Positions 1 to 12,510 are shown, numbered from the stretch's first letter. The stretch: DNA of 64,000 nt from Glaucostegus cemiculus (GCA_976551045.1 CDPCPM010000180.1:15686001-15750000), one strand, 5' to 3'. The notes: generated from the sequence alone by a model not told the origin. Made by a program: numbers and translations.

Positions 1-815
1 CCTGTCCCTCTAGAGCGGTAGCATTACTTCAGTATTTCCAGAATGGGCTTTGTTTAAATTAGGTTACTAGAAATTACAGAAGACCATCAGTGGCTAGGCC
101 TCACCTGACTGCGGTTCCACAAAGGATAAACAAAAATAAGCCTGGTAACATTATCAATCAGTGCCAGCCTTACAACAGAACTGCAAGTCGAGAAGCTTTC
201 GTGTTTAAATCACTATTAAAACTGTCTTAGGTTTCTAAAGTAAAATCGATCTCCCCGTGATCTTCACCTAAGTATAAAAGTTCAGATTAATCCATCCCGT
301 GCAGGCCGGGAAGGTGCTATCAAGTGAACTTGAGTATTTTTTCTTAAGAGGGGGACGAAAGGGGAAAATGACTGCGACTGGTCGACCGGCTACCGCTGGG
401 CAGAATTTGGGTATGAGAGTTAATTGAAAAGATTCCGAATAGTGCAGCTTTAAAAGTAAACGTTTCCGTAAACCCGAGAATGTCCTTGGATGCGGTCAAT
501 TTAAGGCAAGAACAGGTTGTCAACTTCATATTAAATATTTGTTAATTAAAACAAGTTTCCAATTTATCAGAATATTATTTGTTTAATATATAAATATAGC
601 AGAATGAGAACCGCGAGCTTAGAAATCACCATTGTAAGCAACTTTCTCTTTCCGCAATCTTTGTATTCATTTAGTAAACATCGTACATCAGATTGGTAGC
701 GCAATTGGCAATAAAATGTAAAAAAAGGGCAACCCACCCCCCGCTACGACTTCACAAGAAGTTAGCTGGGCAATCAACTTTGAGCATTCCAATACCGCCT
801 TCAAGAACCGGTGGA

Positions 816-1561
816 TTTATTGAAACACAACAAACCGTCGTGTGCGTTTGAGTCAGTTTTTATAAAAGAGTCCACATGTGATTATTGTGTCTTTAAATCG
901 CCGCCTGATTGCTCTAATTTGGCAGCAATCAAGCAAGAAAACAATTGCAATTATTGGCTAATTGCTGTCGTTAGATAGCAGAGTCGATAAGGGACAGTTT
1001 TATCCTAAATGTCAACTATGGCTAAAGATACGTGCACGCATTTGGCACTGGACACCTTCCTCTTTGCTTCAGTGCAACGTTTCGCATACCACACGTACAT
1101 TTCCCCCCTAAACCGACACAATTTGAGGTTGGTATGTTTGGGAGGCCACATAATATATACCTACTTCAATTCTTATCCAGTAAACTAGCAACTTATGTTG
1201 TCTTCCTACATGCGCAGTGTAGAGATGCAAGCTCTCTATCAATGGTCGGACCAGAAGTTGTAAAGCAAAAGTCGATACACTGATGATTCTAGTTTACAAT
1301 AGACATGGTTAGCACTCGCATCGAATCGTAATTTATTTATAAACAAACAATGCAACGCCTTCAGAATACTTTCAATAAAAGGAGAAAGAAGAAAATCGCG
1401 TAATACAGTTTCCCTTTTTATAATGGAAAGTGTAACATCGAGAAAACAAAACATTTGAGGGACCCTTTCGAGTTCACGAGAACACTTCGGGGACTTTGGT
1501 CCATGTTTCCAAAGGAATATCCTACTACAAATTAAAATAAATTACTATAAGACAATTTATT
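816..1561 (-). terminator. Candidate foxc1 polyadenylation signals
   Basis: AATAAA on the minus strand at 1556-1561, 1332-1337 and 816-821 in AT-rich DNA downstream of the stop codon. The sequence alone does not show which one is used. Confidence 0.5.
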
Positions 1562-1815
1562 ACAAGTTCAAGTAAGCTTGCTATGAATTTTAATAAATTT
1601 GACACACACTTCTTTAATATTTTAAACAACGTTTATCCCCCAAAATAAAAGTAACTTACGTTTCATTTGGAGTAACACTTTCCTTTTACTCAAATTTCAA
1701 ATGGAATTTGTTTTCTGTTTATATACATATATGAAATAGATATATAAACCCAGGCTGTTGTTGCTTGTGTATTAAAGAAACAAAACAAAAATAAAATAGT
1801 TTGTAAACGTTTCTG

Positions 1816-3237
1816 TCAGTATTTGCTGCAGTCATGGATAAACGAACCTGAAGTGCGATAAAGTGTCTGGGCCGCAGGAAAGGACATCTGGCAGCTGCTA
1901 TTCCCATTGACATGTGCGGAACTGACGGCGGAGTTGCTCAGGCCGATCCTCTGCGATTCAAACATTTCTCGGACCGCATGGAAGTTCTGCTGCTGGCCCG
2001 GGTACGCGCTGCCAGCCAGATGGCTGAGGTCACTGGCCTGATTGAGGTACCAAGTGGCCAGGCGCCCAGCTCCGGGTCCCTCCTGGCCGTTGCTCAGCCC
2101 GTGGGTTAAGGAGGACGGGACGGTGGTGGTGGGGATGGAATAGTCCGGTAAAGTCTCGTCCACGGCGCTGACGCTGGCCGGCATGTGAGCGGCTCTGTCC
2201 CCGGAGTAGAGGCTCATCGCCTGCATGTTGCAGTGGTAGGTGGCGGCGCAACCTCCGCCGCTGGCCCCGGAGCTCATGTTCTGGCTGCACGAAGAGCTGT
2301 AGATGGACGGCTGGCTGGACGTGTAACTGAGGGATATAGAAGGACTTATACCTGTCCTGGAAGAAGCGACCAGGCTTGCGCTGAGCTCGCCGGCGCCGTG
2401 CGGCGAGCGCCTGACAGAAGTGACCATGTTCTCCACGCTGAAGGCCTGCGGGTGGTGCTCGGGGTTGTCCAGGCTCATCGACCTGTTGGACGGGATGCTG
2501 TGGGGGCTGCCGCTGGACAGGCTGCTGCTGTCGGGGCTTTCGATCTTCGGCACCATGCTGAGGGTGGGGGAGGCGGCCAGGGGAGGGGACGGGGCGCCGT
2601 TCTCCGTCTTAATTTCCTGTACCCTCATGGGCTGGGAGTTGGCGGCTTTCTCCGGCTCCTGAGCCTGCTGCCTGGGCTGCGGCTCCTTGCTCTGCCGATC
2701 CTTCTCCTCCTTCTCCCGGATGGCGTCCTTCTTCTTGAAGCGCCTCCTCCTCCTCAAGAAGCTGCCGTTCTCGAACATGTTGTAAGAGTCCGGATCCAGA
2801 GTCCAGTAGCTGCCTTTGCCCGGCTTCTTGTCATCGCGGGGCACTTTGACGAAGCATTCGTTAAGCGAGAGGTTGTGGCGGATGCTGTTCTGCCAGCCTT
2901 GCTTGTTCTCCCGGTAGAAGGGGAACCGCTCCATAATAAACTGATAGATCCCGTTTAGAGTGATCTTCTTGTCCGGCGCGTTCTGGATGGCCATAGTAAT
3001 CAGGGCGATGTAACTGTACGGAGGTTTCACCATGTCCTTGGGCTGGGGCTGGGGAGTGTAGTGTCCGTAAGGTCGGGGCATGCCGGCAGCGTACTGTTCG
3101 TGGGCTGGATGCGAATACATACTCATTGGGGCCGGCATTCCCGTGTATCCCGGACCCGCTCGGTAGTAATTCTGATCGCTGATGTAAGGTACAACTCCCA
3201 GAGAGTTGGGACTCGACACCGAGTAGCGAGCTTGCAT
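1816..3237 (-). CDS. foxc1: Forkhead box protein C1, single exon, 473 aa
   Basis: ATG at 3237-3235 starts [18 protein letters not shown], the FoxC1-type N-terminus. It is followed by [40 protein letters not shown]...[15 protein letters not shown]...[12 protein letters not shown] (forkhead domain, about 2730-3030) and a C-terminal activation region ending DCSKY-TGA (1818-1816). The ORF-track start at 3381 is a GTG in the 5' UTR. Confidence 0.95.
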   Translation of the reverse strand: MQARYSVSSPNSLGVVPYISDQNYYRAGPGYTGMPAPMSMYSHPAHEQYAAGMPRPYGHYTPQPQPKDMVKPPYSYIALITMAIQNAPDKKITLNGIYQFIMERFPFYRENKQGWQNSIRHNLSLNECFVKVPRDDKKPGKGSYWTLDPDSYNMFENGSFLRRRRRFKKKDAIREKEEKDRQSKEPQPRQQAQEPEKAANSQPMRVQEIKTENGAPSPPLAASPTLSMVPKIESPDSSSLSSGSPHSIPSNRSMSLDNPEHHPQAFSVENMVTSVRRSPHGAGELSASLVASSRTGISPSISLSYTSSQPSIYSSSCSQNMSSGASGGGCAATYHCNMQAMSLYSGDRAAHMPASVSAVDETLPDYSIPTTTVPSSLTHGLSNGQEGPGAGRLATWYLNQASDLSHLAGSAYPGQQQNFHAVREMFESQRIGLSNSAVSSAHVNGNSSCQMSFPAAQTLYRTSGSFIHDCSKY

Positions 3238-3291
3238 CGCTGCCTTCCGCCTTGCGAGGCTTAACTTCTGGTCCTCCCCCGTTGAAGTACC

Positions 3292-3293
<2 letters not shown>

Positions 3294-3326
<33 letters not shown>

Positions 3327-3333
3327 GCACACA
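3294..3333. repeat. (CA)n/(TG)n microsatellite in foxc1 5' UTR
   Basis: cacacacac...acgcacgcacacac, about 60-100 nt upstream of the ATG. Confidence 0.95.
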
Positions 3334-3404
3334 CGGTAGAAGAGAGGGAGAGAGAAAAATCCAAACTTTTCCAAGTTGCACCGGAGTCTAACTCTTCGCT
3401 CCAA

Positions 3405-3600
3405 ACTTTTATATATATATATTTTTCTCTTTCTTTCCGCGGGGTGGCAGACTGAATAGGAAAACTTCTAAACTTTTGAGCATCCGTCACTTGACAAGAC
3501 TTTTACGCAGTTAGTTTTTTTTTACCCAGCCGCAGCCCCTCCCCGAGGCATCAGTGTCCAATTGAAGGAGCTACCGCCCCTCCGTGGAACAGGGCGTCTC
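3405..3600 (-). promoter_or_regulatory. foxc1 core promoter (TATA, CCAAT, GC box)
   Basis: TATATATATAAAAG on the minus strand at about 3406-3421, CCAAT at 3558-3562 and GC box CCGCCCC at 3574-3580, in the usual order upstream of the CDS. Confidence 0.6.
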
Positions 3601-6600
3601 AATGCCTCATCCCACTTCTAACACCAGCCCCCAGTTCAGCACCAAAGGCACGACGCTTCAAAAGACAATGTCCCCTTTCTGAGCATTTCACCCCTATTCT
3701 CCACTTTCATTGCTTCCACCTTTTTATTGAGCCACTCTCAGTAGGACTTTTAAAGACGAGGGAACCACTTTTGCTAACCTAGATTTATAAAGTGACGCAA
3801 GAAAGAAAATAAAGAGAAGAATATCTTTATACGCTATTCACATAAGTACTTTTGATTCCGGCCAGTGTTAAAACGATAATAAGAAAATAGGATAGGGTAC
3901 CACAGATAAAATAAACACGCTGGGCACAGCACACAAACAAACCTCTAGACATTTTAAACTTTATTAATAAACAATATATGTCTTTGCTTAGTTTAAAAGA
4001 ATATTTCATAGATGAACCATCCCTCTCCAATCAGAGATAAAGCCCTTTCTTTACCTTTTAACAAGCAAGTAGCACCGTGGCAGGTTTTAGTGTGAAGAGT
4101 GGAATCTGCCTGTGTATTGAGGTGCGGTGTGTGTCTGCACGACTGACTCTTAAAGATTCTTTCACACCGCAACACAGGAATCAGCACAAAACGGCAATAA
4201 TTCTCCAAACTCGTGCTAAAGTCTGTAGCACTTATTTTTGAAGTAGATGAAATGTTGAGATACAGCTCAAACAGCGGGATGCGGTGGTGAACGGTCTGGG
4301 TGGCCGCTGTAGTTCAATCTATTTCGAAACTCCCTGAGTGTGATGCCATTTGCAGACGTGTAAAAACGGATTTGTTCTCCCTCTGCTTGGGTCAGACGGG
4401 ATTGTGGCAGACTGTGAGAGGCAAGTGTGATTCCCAGAGGCCGTGGTGTCCTTCGTTGGACTCTCAAATCACACCTAGGAAATGTTCGCGTCTCATCAGA
4501 CTCCTGGTCAATTTCGTTAGATGTCAAACAACAGGTCGCGGACGGTGAATTATTTAATCTTCTTTGTTATTATTTAAATTTTAGAAAATTCCAGGAGTAT
4601 AAAGCTCTATGCTTTCAACCTCTCTGACAACGATGGGTTGTTTTGCTCATTGATATGAAGACTGGCGCCCTATCATTAAAATATACTCGTTAATAATTGG
4701 TCTCGGGGCCATTGTGTCAAAATACTCTCTCCGACATCATGCCTTTCACAGCATTCTGCAAAATCCAAGAGGAGATGGTTTAAGAGACAAGACAGTTCCA
4801 CCCCAGTACCCTACAAAGCCGTTTCATATCAGATATACCTAGAAATTAATTTACACTCTGCACCTGGAACCTGAGGTTGCTTTCACTTCTGTGGGTCCTA
4901 ATTGAAATGGAGTAGTTACTGAGTTCTGCGCTACCTCACACCTGTAATCGAAACATTTCCAATAGGGGTGAACCTGTCAGCGTTGGAATCTATCCACCGC
5001 AAACTCCAGCTCACCCCAAGGATTTAATTGTAATTCATCACATCAGGTCGCTGTGTCCAAATCAGGGAGAAAAACATCCCGGAAACATGACAGTTTGAGT
5101 ATCACCATTCGTTTCTAATCGTAAAGAAAACTTGAAACATCCAACTATTAGAATTGCAAATAACATCGAATGTCAAAGCAGACAAATAAACAAGTGCACG
5201 GTATATTCTAGGCAGCTGGGGTCCAGTGTGCACTGAACTTCTCATGGATTATGTTTTGTAATCGCCTAGTCTGGAATGGTTTTAATTCCGCTCCTCGTTG
5301 AGTGTGGTTTTGCTTTCGAAGCGAATCTACTGCGTGGGCACAATGCAATTCATTGTGTTCTTGTTGGGAATCTGCAGGTGGAACTGACATGTTCTTTGGG
5401 CCATTTTCCACACATGAAGACCCCTAAATGAACTTGGTTCCACCTTAGGCTATTTGTACAGTAAAAAAAAATGAGTTCATAATCCTGTCTCTATCACATT
5501 CTCTCTGCAGTCAAAATATATATTTGGAATGGGATCTCGTCTGCTTGTCCCTTCTGTTCTATTAATTATATGGTCTGATTATTTTCGGTGCAACTGACAT
5601 GTTAAAAAATGCCGTTCTCATGAAACTGCATATAGTCGAGGTTTAAAATATTCTATTGACGTGTTTCATCTGCAGATCTGCAGCACGCAGGTTGTACGAA
5701 AATGTTTGCATTTCATTCCTCCTCTCAGATCTTTAATTTTTTATACTATTAACTACATCCTTTAACATTATTTAGTTGTATTTTATACCATTCCTTATTG
5801 TGATGCAATGTTACAAGGACGTGCTGATGCAAATATGAATTTGAGTTTAACCAGGCAACCATAAGCTGTGTGGCATGGAAAGACACAAGTGAAAGTAAGG
5901 ATTTCTATTCCAGCCATGTTTTGGTATCCCTAACACTTTATTTGTATTTGATACGGTCTACCGGAGAAATTTACACATGGCGTAAACTCGACACTCGGCG
6001 ATAATTTAAGTTTAATGGAGCAAGTAGTTAAATTGCAAGAAATTAACATATTTTGTTAAACTGAAAGTTAACAAGATGTAAACGTCCAAATTGTTTCATT
6101 CCAGTGATTTAATTGTCTTTACTATATGTAAAAGACCAGTAATATTTCTGCATTTTGAACACAGAAACCTAACATTGCAACAAAGGAAAATTCTCGGGAA
6201 AATAATTGCGTTGGATCAGAAGAGTGCGTCGAAGGCAGTTCCATCCTTCCTGTGATCCGTGTCACCATTCCGTAGCACATAATTCTAGTTCAGAAGATTT
6301 ACTGTAAAAGTTCTGTACAAATACACAAAAATATTGAAACTCTCCTACTGTTTGAACGAGGGCAGCTGGCAATGATTTGCTGCTGCTTCGGATGGGAAAA
6401 TTCCAAACTCTAACATTTTTAATGATTGTTTATTGGCAGGGTCACAGACCGGGGACTGGAGACCCACACCGCTGCTTGTATTGATGTTGTACAAGCACTA
6501 TAATCCCTCGTTTTAATAAGGTATATAACAAATAATACCGATTAAGTAAAAATAAATGAGTGTTCTGAGATTACTTACTGGCATGTCACATGCTGCTCTT

Positions 6601-7448
6601 GCGTGTGTGTGCGTGCATACACTACTGTTTGAGTCTTTGCATTTTGCATAATTCCCTGCATTTATTAAGCAGTTAATGAGCGCTGAATTCATCATTTTTA
6701 AGTAGCAAGAACACATCGAAGCAGAAGTGATGTTTCAAAAACTACGTTACAAATTGGAAATTGCACAAGTTTGTGTAGAAGTTTCGTTGTATAAAATACA
6801 ATGTGCTGGCTGGATAGATTTATTTGCTTATTCTTAAGTCAGCCTCTTTGTTCCCATAGCTCGGAATCTGATAAAATCTCAGTCTGCTCTGGTTGGTTGT
6901 GTGAACTACATTTCGATGTGCGTTAGGCATGCAAATATGAGTTGATCCAATACTATAAAAATAAACTTCAGTCTAAACTCGAGAAAAAAAGACTGACCTG
7001 TAAAAGATCAAGTTAATTAGAAGTGCGGCGGGCATTGGGATATAGTATTTAAATGTAATGAATATGTGCAGAACTTAGGCAATTCATTTTGGAAGGACAA
7101 ATAGAGAGAACAACAGTCTTAAACTGAAAATCAATACCTACTTTCTCTGAGAATTGCTATGCAATATGAAACTCTGTATGATCCCACAAACCCGATATTT
7201 CCTGTAGCGATTGAGAGTCATGGAGATACAATAAGTGTTCTTTGATATTACAGCTCATTAAAGTCGCCTAGGGTCTGAAGTCTTTTTTTAAAGTTCCTTA
7301 CTCTATGTGTGAAACATGAGTGAAGAAGAGACTGCAGCTGACTGATCCACGGAAACAAACATATTCTCCGAATTGGACTGTCGTAGTACAGTATATAGAA
7401 AATAAAATCGTCCACAAAATGCATGGGTAGCACATATGGAAACGCAAA

Positions 7449-7580
7449 NNNNNNNNNNNNNNNNNNNNNNNNNNNNNNNNNNNNNNNNNNNNNNNNNNNN
7501 NNNNNNNNNNNNNNNNNNNNNNNNNNNNNNNNNNNNNNNNNNNNNNNNNNNNNNNNNNNNNNNNNNNNNNNNNNNNNNNN
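7449..7580. other. Assembly gap (132 N)
   Basis: Run of n characters. Confidence 1.
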
Positions 7581-7594
7581 ATCGTGTACTCCCG

Positions 7595-7608
7595 GCGCCC
7601 CCTGCTGG
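7595..7608 (-). promoter_or_regulatory. CTCF consensus site
   Basis: The minus strand reads CCAGCAGGGGGCGC, a full match to the CTCF core CCASYAGRKGGCRS. Confidence 0.7.
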
Positions 7609-9143
7609 ACTAGGCAGTTTCTGTCTCACCGAAAGGCACAATCCGATTGAAACCTGCCAGTTCAACTGCAGGCTGCGTTGAGTAGCAGGCGTATTCTGTC
7701 ACTCATACCACACACACACACACACATTTAACAGTATTAAACTTTTAATCATCTTTACACATTAACATAATTACGATTAAAATGCAATGTCGCAGTGATA
7801 TACAAACCCGGAAAAATGTAACATCCAATATAAATAAGATATTTACTTTCCAAATGACACTTTGCTAATATTCAACGCATTCGGAGGCAGAGCGCTTTTT
7901 AAAATCTTCAGTTATAGTTGCAAAATGCATTCACATTTAATTTTGATTTGCGCATTTCAATTAATTTAATTGAGTCGCAGCTATTATTGTCTGCCCAGTT
8001 GTAGGGATTACGAGCGAAGATTTACTTACATGTACGCAGGTTTCTGCTGATTGCAAAAAAGATTCAATTGCGAAGGTTAATCGCCCTTTTCAGTGTATGT
8101 AGTGAATCATCATTATCAACGGTAAAGTGATAATCTTGGTTATACTTGCCTCTCATAGTAAATGTACATTCGAATCTATGCAAAGGAGTTTATAGAATAA
8201 ATTATAAGTATTAAGTATCACAATCTTGCATTAACTCTCTTTTTATGTTGCTGTAAAAATATTTATTATTTACGGAAATTTGGGAAAATTACCTCTGAAT
8301 GAATTTCCCTCATTGAAAGCGGTAAATAAATGCCAAATAATTTTAAGTATTTAGTTAACAATAAACATTTGCTTTAAGAACACGAATATTTAACATACTA
8401 GGTCGCAAATGTATACTTCCAAGGATCAAACGGTTTATCAATAACTCGAAGCCAATCCCTGAAATTCTGTGTTGCTTTAATGCACCGATAGGACCCGAAA
8501 CTTTGGATGGAAATCCCGCATTTCGGTCGATGCGAAAGACAGTGCTGCGTTTGTTTAACAAAGTGCTCTTCAAATTTGCACTGCAAAAAAAAGCTAAGGG
8601 GAGGCTGGAAGTGGCAATCGGAGCGAACAAATCCCACTGCCATGCACCTAGGCGATTTGTGCATTGCATTAACTGCCGGTAGAGTGATGATTTCTGTTGA
8701 GTGCCTTCTCGCAGATTGCGTCTTAAACAAATACAGCAAATGTGCTTAAAACTAGAGCGATATACAAAGGCAATGAAATAGTTATAAATAAGATTAATTA
8801 GCGAATTAGACATTATTTTTATTATTATACGTTATAACAACGAATTACTTATTCCAGGTTACAAATCTAATGGTGAATGAATGTCGTGTTTGTTTGAAAC
8901 AAAACTAGTATTCGATGAGATGTATAGGTACCCCTGTCTTTCCCCAAAGATATAATTAAAGTACAGCTCCTGAACGTAGTTAATGGTTCGTAAAGCAAAG
9001 TGCTGGCATCGGCAGCTCTTCCTTGGAGAAGCCCAAGGGGGAAAAATAAACAGTCACGTTTCTTGGGATACAGGGATTACATTGTTTCATGTTTTGGATG
9101 CATGTTCAAGTAGCTTCCTCTGTACATAATTAAAAGTTATAAA

Positions 9144-9237
9144 GCGTGGCGACACTTGCGGGCTGCCCCCACAACACACTACGCATTTCACCGTGTGTTT
9201 CGATGTACATGTGACTGATAAAGATATCTTGTCTTAT
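9144..9237 (+). mobile_element. 3' fragment of V-SINE (TCTTA-tail variant)
   Basis: gtggcgacacttgcgggctgcccc...tttcaccgtgtgtttcgatgtacatgtgactgataaagatatcttgtctta matches the 3' parts of the copies at 19767-20063 and 42592-42897. Confidence 0.8.
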
Positions 9238-9882
9238 ATGAACACTGTATGTCACCTCGAATGGATTTACAGAGGCTGATTTAGGCGATCCACTTAATGC
9301 ACGACAGTATCGCAGAATTACAAATTTAAAATAATCAAATGTCAGTTTTGGTCTGTGGTCAATTCTGAATGGGGGAGGAATTAGTCTGAAATATCTCTGC
9401 GGGAGTGAGTGGAATACACAAAAAAACTTACAATATTTCTTACTGATTTTTGTTTTATTTAACTCGTTCAAACTTTCGGGATCCCTCCTCCTTGCAAGGA
9501 AGTGGCATCGTATAATTAACCTTCAGCCCAGCCCTCGAGAACATCATCCGCCTATTTGAATGGCTTACATGACGCATTTTGAACGCGAGATTGTGTTTGG
9601 CGTTGTTACTTTGCTCAAGTTCGCCAACAAGGAAGGTAGAAGTTAAAAATAAACAGAAACCTGGCTTTTAATGAGCTCATCAATTGCTGGGTCGTGAACT
9701 GTCATAATTCTGAAATGAAACGCCCAATGATGGGAGGATGCGTGTCAGAAATATCAGTGCGACCATACGGTGAAGGCGTGCTCCACTCTCGCACTTTAAC
9801 AGCAGCACCGGTGGAGTCACTGACGGTGAATCAATGTTGGCTTTTGTTAAGCTGCTGCTTCAACTCTCGGAACCGTTCCGTG

Positions 9883-9896
9883 GCGCCGCCTGGTGG
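9883..9896 (-). promoter_or_regulatory. CTCF near-consensus site
   Basis: The minus strand reads CCACCAGGCGGCGC (one mismatch to the core), in the same orientation as the 7595 site and within a CpG-rich patch. Confidence 0.6.
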
Positions 9897-11084
9897 GAGC
9901 CGACGTGAACACACGGTCGGTCCCGCTGCACAGGAGCGGACCAATTCATTCTCCCCTTCTGCACTTTGCAGAGTCTGCTTTTGTTTTATGTCCGCTGAGC
10001 GGCTGAACTCGCTCTCCATGGCCTTCTGTTCACCTCCGTTTTTTTCCCCCTAAAGTGCCAAATTAAATTTACTGTCTGCTCGCATTTTAAGATGTTTTAT
10101 TTTCATGGTCATATGCGGGGATATTTTTTTTGTTTTTGATCGCCTACACAGCAATCTGGGAAGAAGCCAACATATCATTTATTTCCATATTTCCAAGCCC
10201 CCAACACGACTTGAAGGGAGATCAGCGGATAACGACTGAGACAGCGGTGAAGAAGCACGCCGATATTCTCTAGCGATTAACCCAGTAAAAGGCGACACTT
10301 TGATTCGGGAAAGACTGAAAGTTGAACCAGCACTGCCCGGACATTCAGACTAACTCGTCTTCCCAGTGTCCGGCATCAGATCTGGTTGTACCTGGAATAA
10401 TCAGGATTGGAAACAAAAAGTTTGCAACGATATTTTGTGTTTGGATTGCAGTTGTGCGCAGATCAAGGGTTCGAGAAAGTGGGAGTAAAATGCAATTATG
10501 CGTTGGAATCGTGCGCTTTCATTTTGATTTATAGTTTGTCTTTGCCCAGACTAGACAGTAGGATCACCTTTGCCAAATGATAAGAGACTGCGTTGCTTTC
10601 ATTCTCCTTTAGTTAACTCTGCGTCTCCACTGTGCTGAACCTGAGAAAAGGCAAAAGTGTTGAATCTGGTGGCTCTGCCCGGTGCCACCCACCGCTGCCG
10701 GCGGGGAGTGGGTTGGCTCATTCACACAGTGACACCCCACCCACCCCCCCCCAGCCACAACCGTACAAAGCAGAAGCGGCCTCCCATCCTTTCTCGCAGC
10801 GGAGGGAGACAGTCCAAACATTCTCCAAAAAAATAACGAAGGAAGGAAGTTAAAACAAATCTTATCCTCAGACAAAGTACATTCTGACCTGAGTGATAAA
10901 CATAGGTGCCGAGACTGGGGGAAAACACGACATAATGAGCATCATCGTCAATCACCAGAGTTTCGAGGGGTGAATCAAAAGTCACTATATAAATGTAGAT
11001 ACACCTCCCAGCTCCGACCCCTGTTGGCTCCACGGGTTTAGAAGCCTTCCTGCAGTTCCGTTTGCTGACGACTAGTGTGCCTTG

Positions 11085-11465
11085 CAAAAGGAAAGCACTC
11101 TTGAAGGTGCATTCGTACAGCACCTTCCACGCTCTCGGCGCTTTGCAGCTGATGATGTACTTTGCTGAGGTGCAGGGGATGTGATGTGGTGGATGGCTTG
11201 CTCCCATAGACAGCAACGCGATAATGCAAACTCAACACACTGCAGATGCTTGAACTCTGAAACAAAACAAAATGCGGGATAAAGTCAGCACTCCACGCCG
11301 CACAATGACAGCGCTCTCGGCAGAGCATGATGAGACCCGCGAATCGCCCACTAGACTGAGCAAGGACTCCTTTGCTCTTCTTTGGCACCATTCCAAGCGA
11401 TATTTCACATCCACCTGAATGCACAGGAAACCGGGCATTGCTTTCTGTGATGCACATCCTCAGAG
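11085..11465 (-). mobile_element. Ancient Deu-domain SINE (SacSINE1/AmnSINE1-like)
   Basis: The minus strand has tcaggtggatgtgaaa...gaagagcaaaggagt...cattatcgcgttgctgtctatgggagc...aaagtacatcatcagctgcaaagcgc...aaggtgctgtacgaatgca. This follows the Deu core plus L2-like tail as recalled. Confidence 0.6.
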
Positions 11466-12319
11466 CTGGGTTGGATTATTAACCTTGATCTCGGTCCTCA
11501 AACTTCTGGCGTAGTCACTGTCAACTGTCCCCGAGTAATGACAGGAAAGTAGTTGCACCTGTCAAACTGAGGAGCCCAGCATGAGAACAGAAATAGGCCA
11601 CTTAACCCTCAGACCTACTCTGTTACTCAATTAAATCATGGTTGAGACTGAGCTCTCTTTACTTATATTTCCTCCACATCCCCAATAAGCTCAACCTCGA
11701 TCTTGACAATTGCAATTCACTTAACAGTTACCACCCCGTGTGTGGAGAACGTGTTCTTTGATTCCACACCCAAAGAGTCCAGCTTCATTTATTTTAATGT
11801 TGTTCAGGATTCCCGACTGGACAAAATAGATTCTCTGGGTCTACCCTTTCAAGTAGTTTCATTTAATCAATCTCCAGCCTGCAAGTTCAAGGAAATACAT
11901 AAGAACACAGGACTTATGAACATCGATCCAGTTCCATTTGTTCCAAGTGATCATGGCTGATCTGTACACAGGTTGGCTCCCATATCACTTCAGACTCTGG
12001 AAAGCAAAAAAACGAACAAGGTCACATTTAAAATTGTGAATTGCTGAGATTAGTTCTGCCGAAAGTACCCTGAGGAGTAACTAAAGCCCTTGTGTTCAGC
12101 TGTATATGGCCTTATAGGTAAGCCTTCTGGAAGACTTCCAGAACTCTTTAGGAGGTTTCACGTTGCAATATTGAGTTTCCTTTACATTCAGGTCTTCAGA
12201 GGAAAGAGGAATGATTGGTAGGTGGATAAATGAAGGCAGTATGAATGATGAAAGATGTCCCTACCTATTTCTGTTCCCTTCTCCATCATAAACCCCCCAG
12301 AGGTCTGTGCATTCCTCCA

Positions 12320-12510
12320 AGACTGGATTCTCTGCCACATCTGATTTCTTTCATTCCACCAATGGGAATTTTGCTTTCAGGGGCCTAGGTCCTGAATTCC
12401 TTCCCTGATCCTTCTCGTGTCTTTCTGCCTTCTTCTCCTACAATTAAGGCTGCTAAAGTCCCTAATGTCATTATATGTGACTTAACGACAAATTTTACCT
12501 GAAAACATGG
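12320..12510 (+). mobile_element. Degenerate L2-like LINE 3' end
   Basis: ccaccaatgggaattttgctttcaggggcctaggtcctgaattccttccctgatccttctc resembles the L2 3' coding and tail region. Confidence 0.45.

Noticed and set aside
1-20. CTCF-like CGCTCTAGAGGGACAG at the window start
   Set aside because: Several core mismatches and truncated context.
2185-2958. 257-aa ORF antisense to foxc1
   Set aside because: Shadow ORF of a GC-rich CDS with a non-ATG start and no recognisable domain.
3238-3381. 48-aa N-terminal extension of FoxC1 (GTG start, poly-CV)
   Set aside because: It runs through a (TG)n microsatellite and starts about at the predicted transcription start; the conserved protein begins at MQARY.
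7303-7681. ORFs spanning the N run
   Set aside because: Artefacts of the assembly gap.
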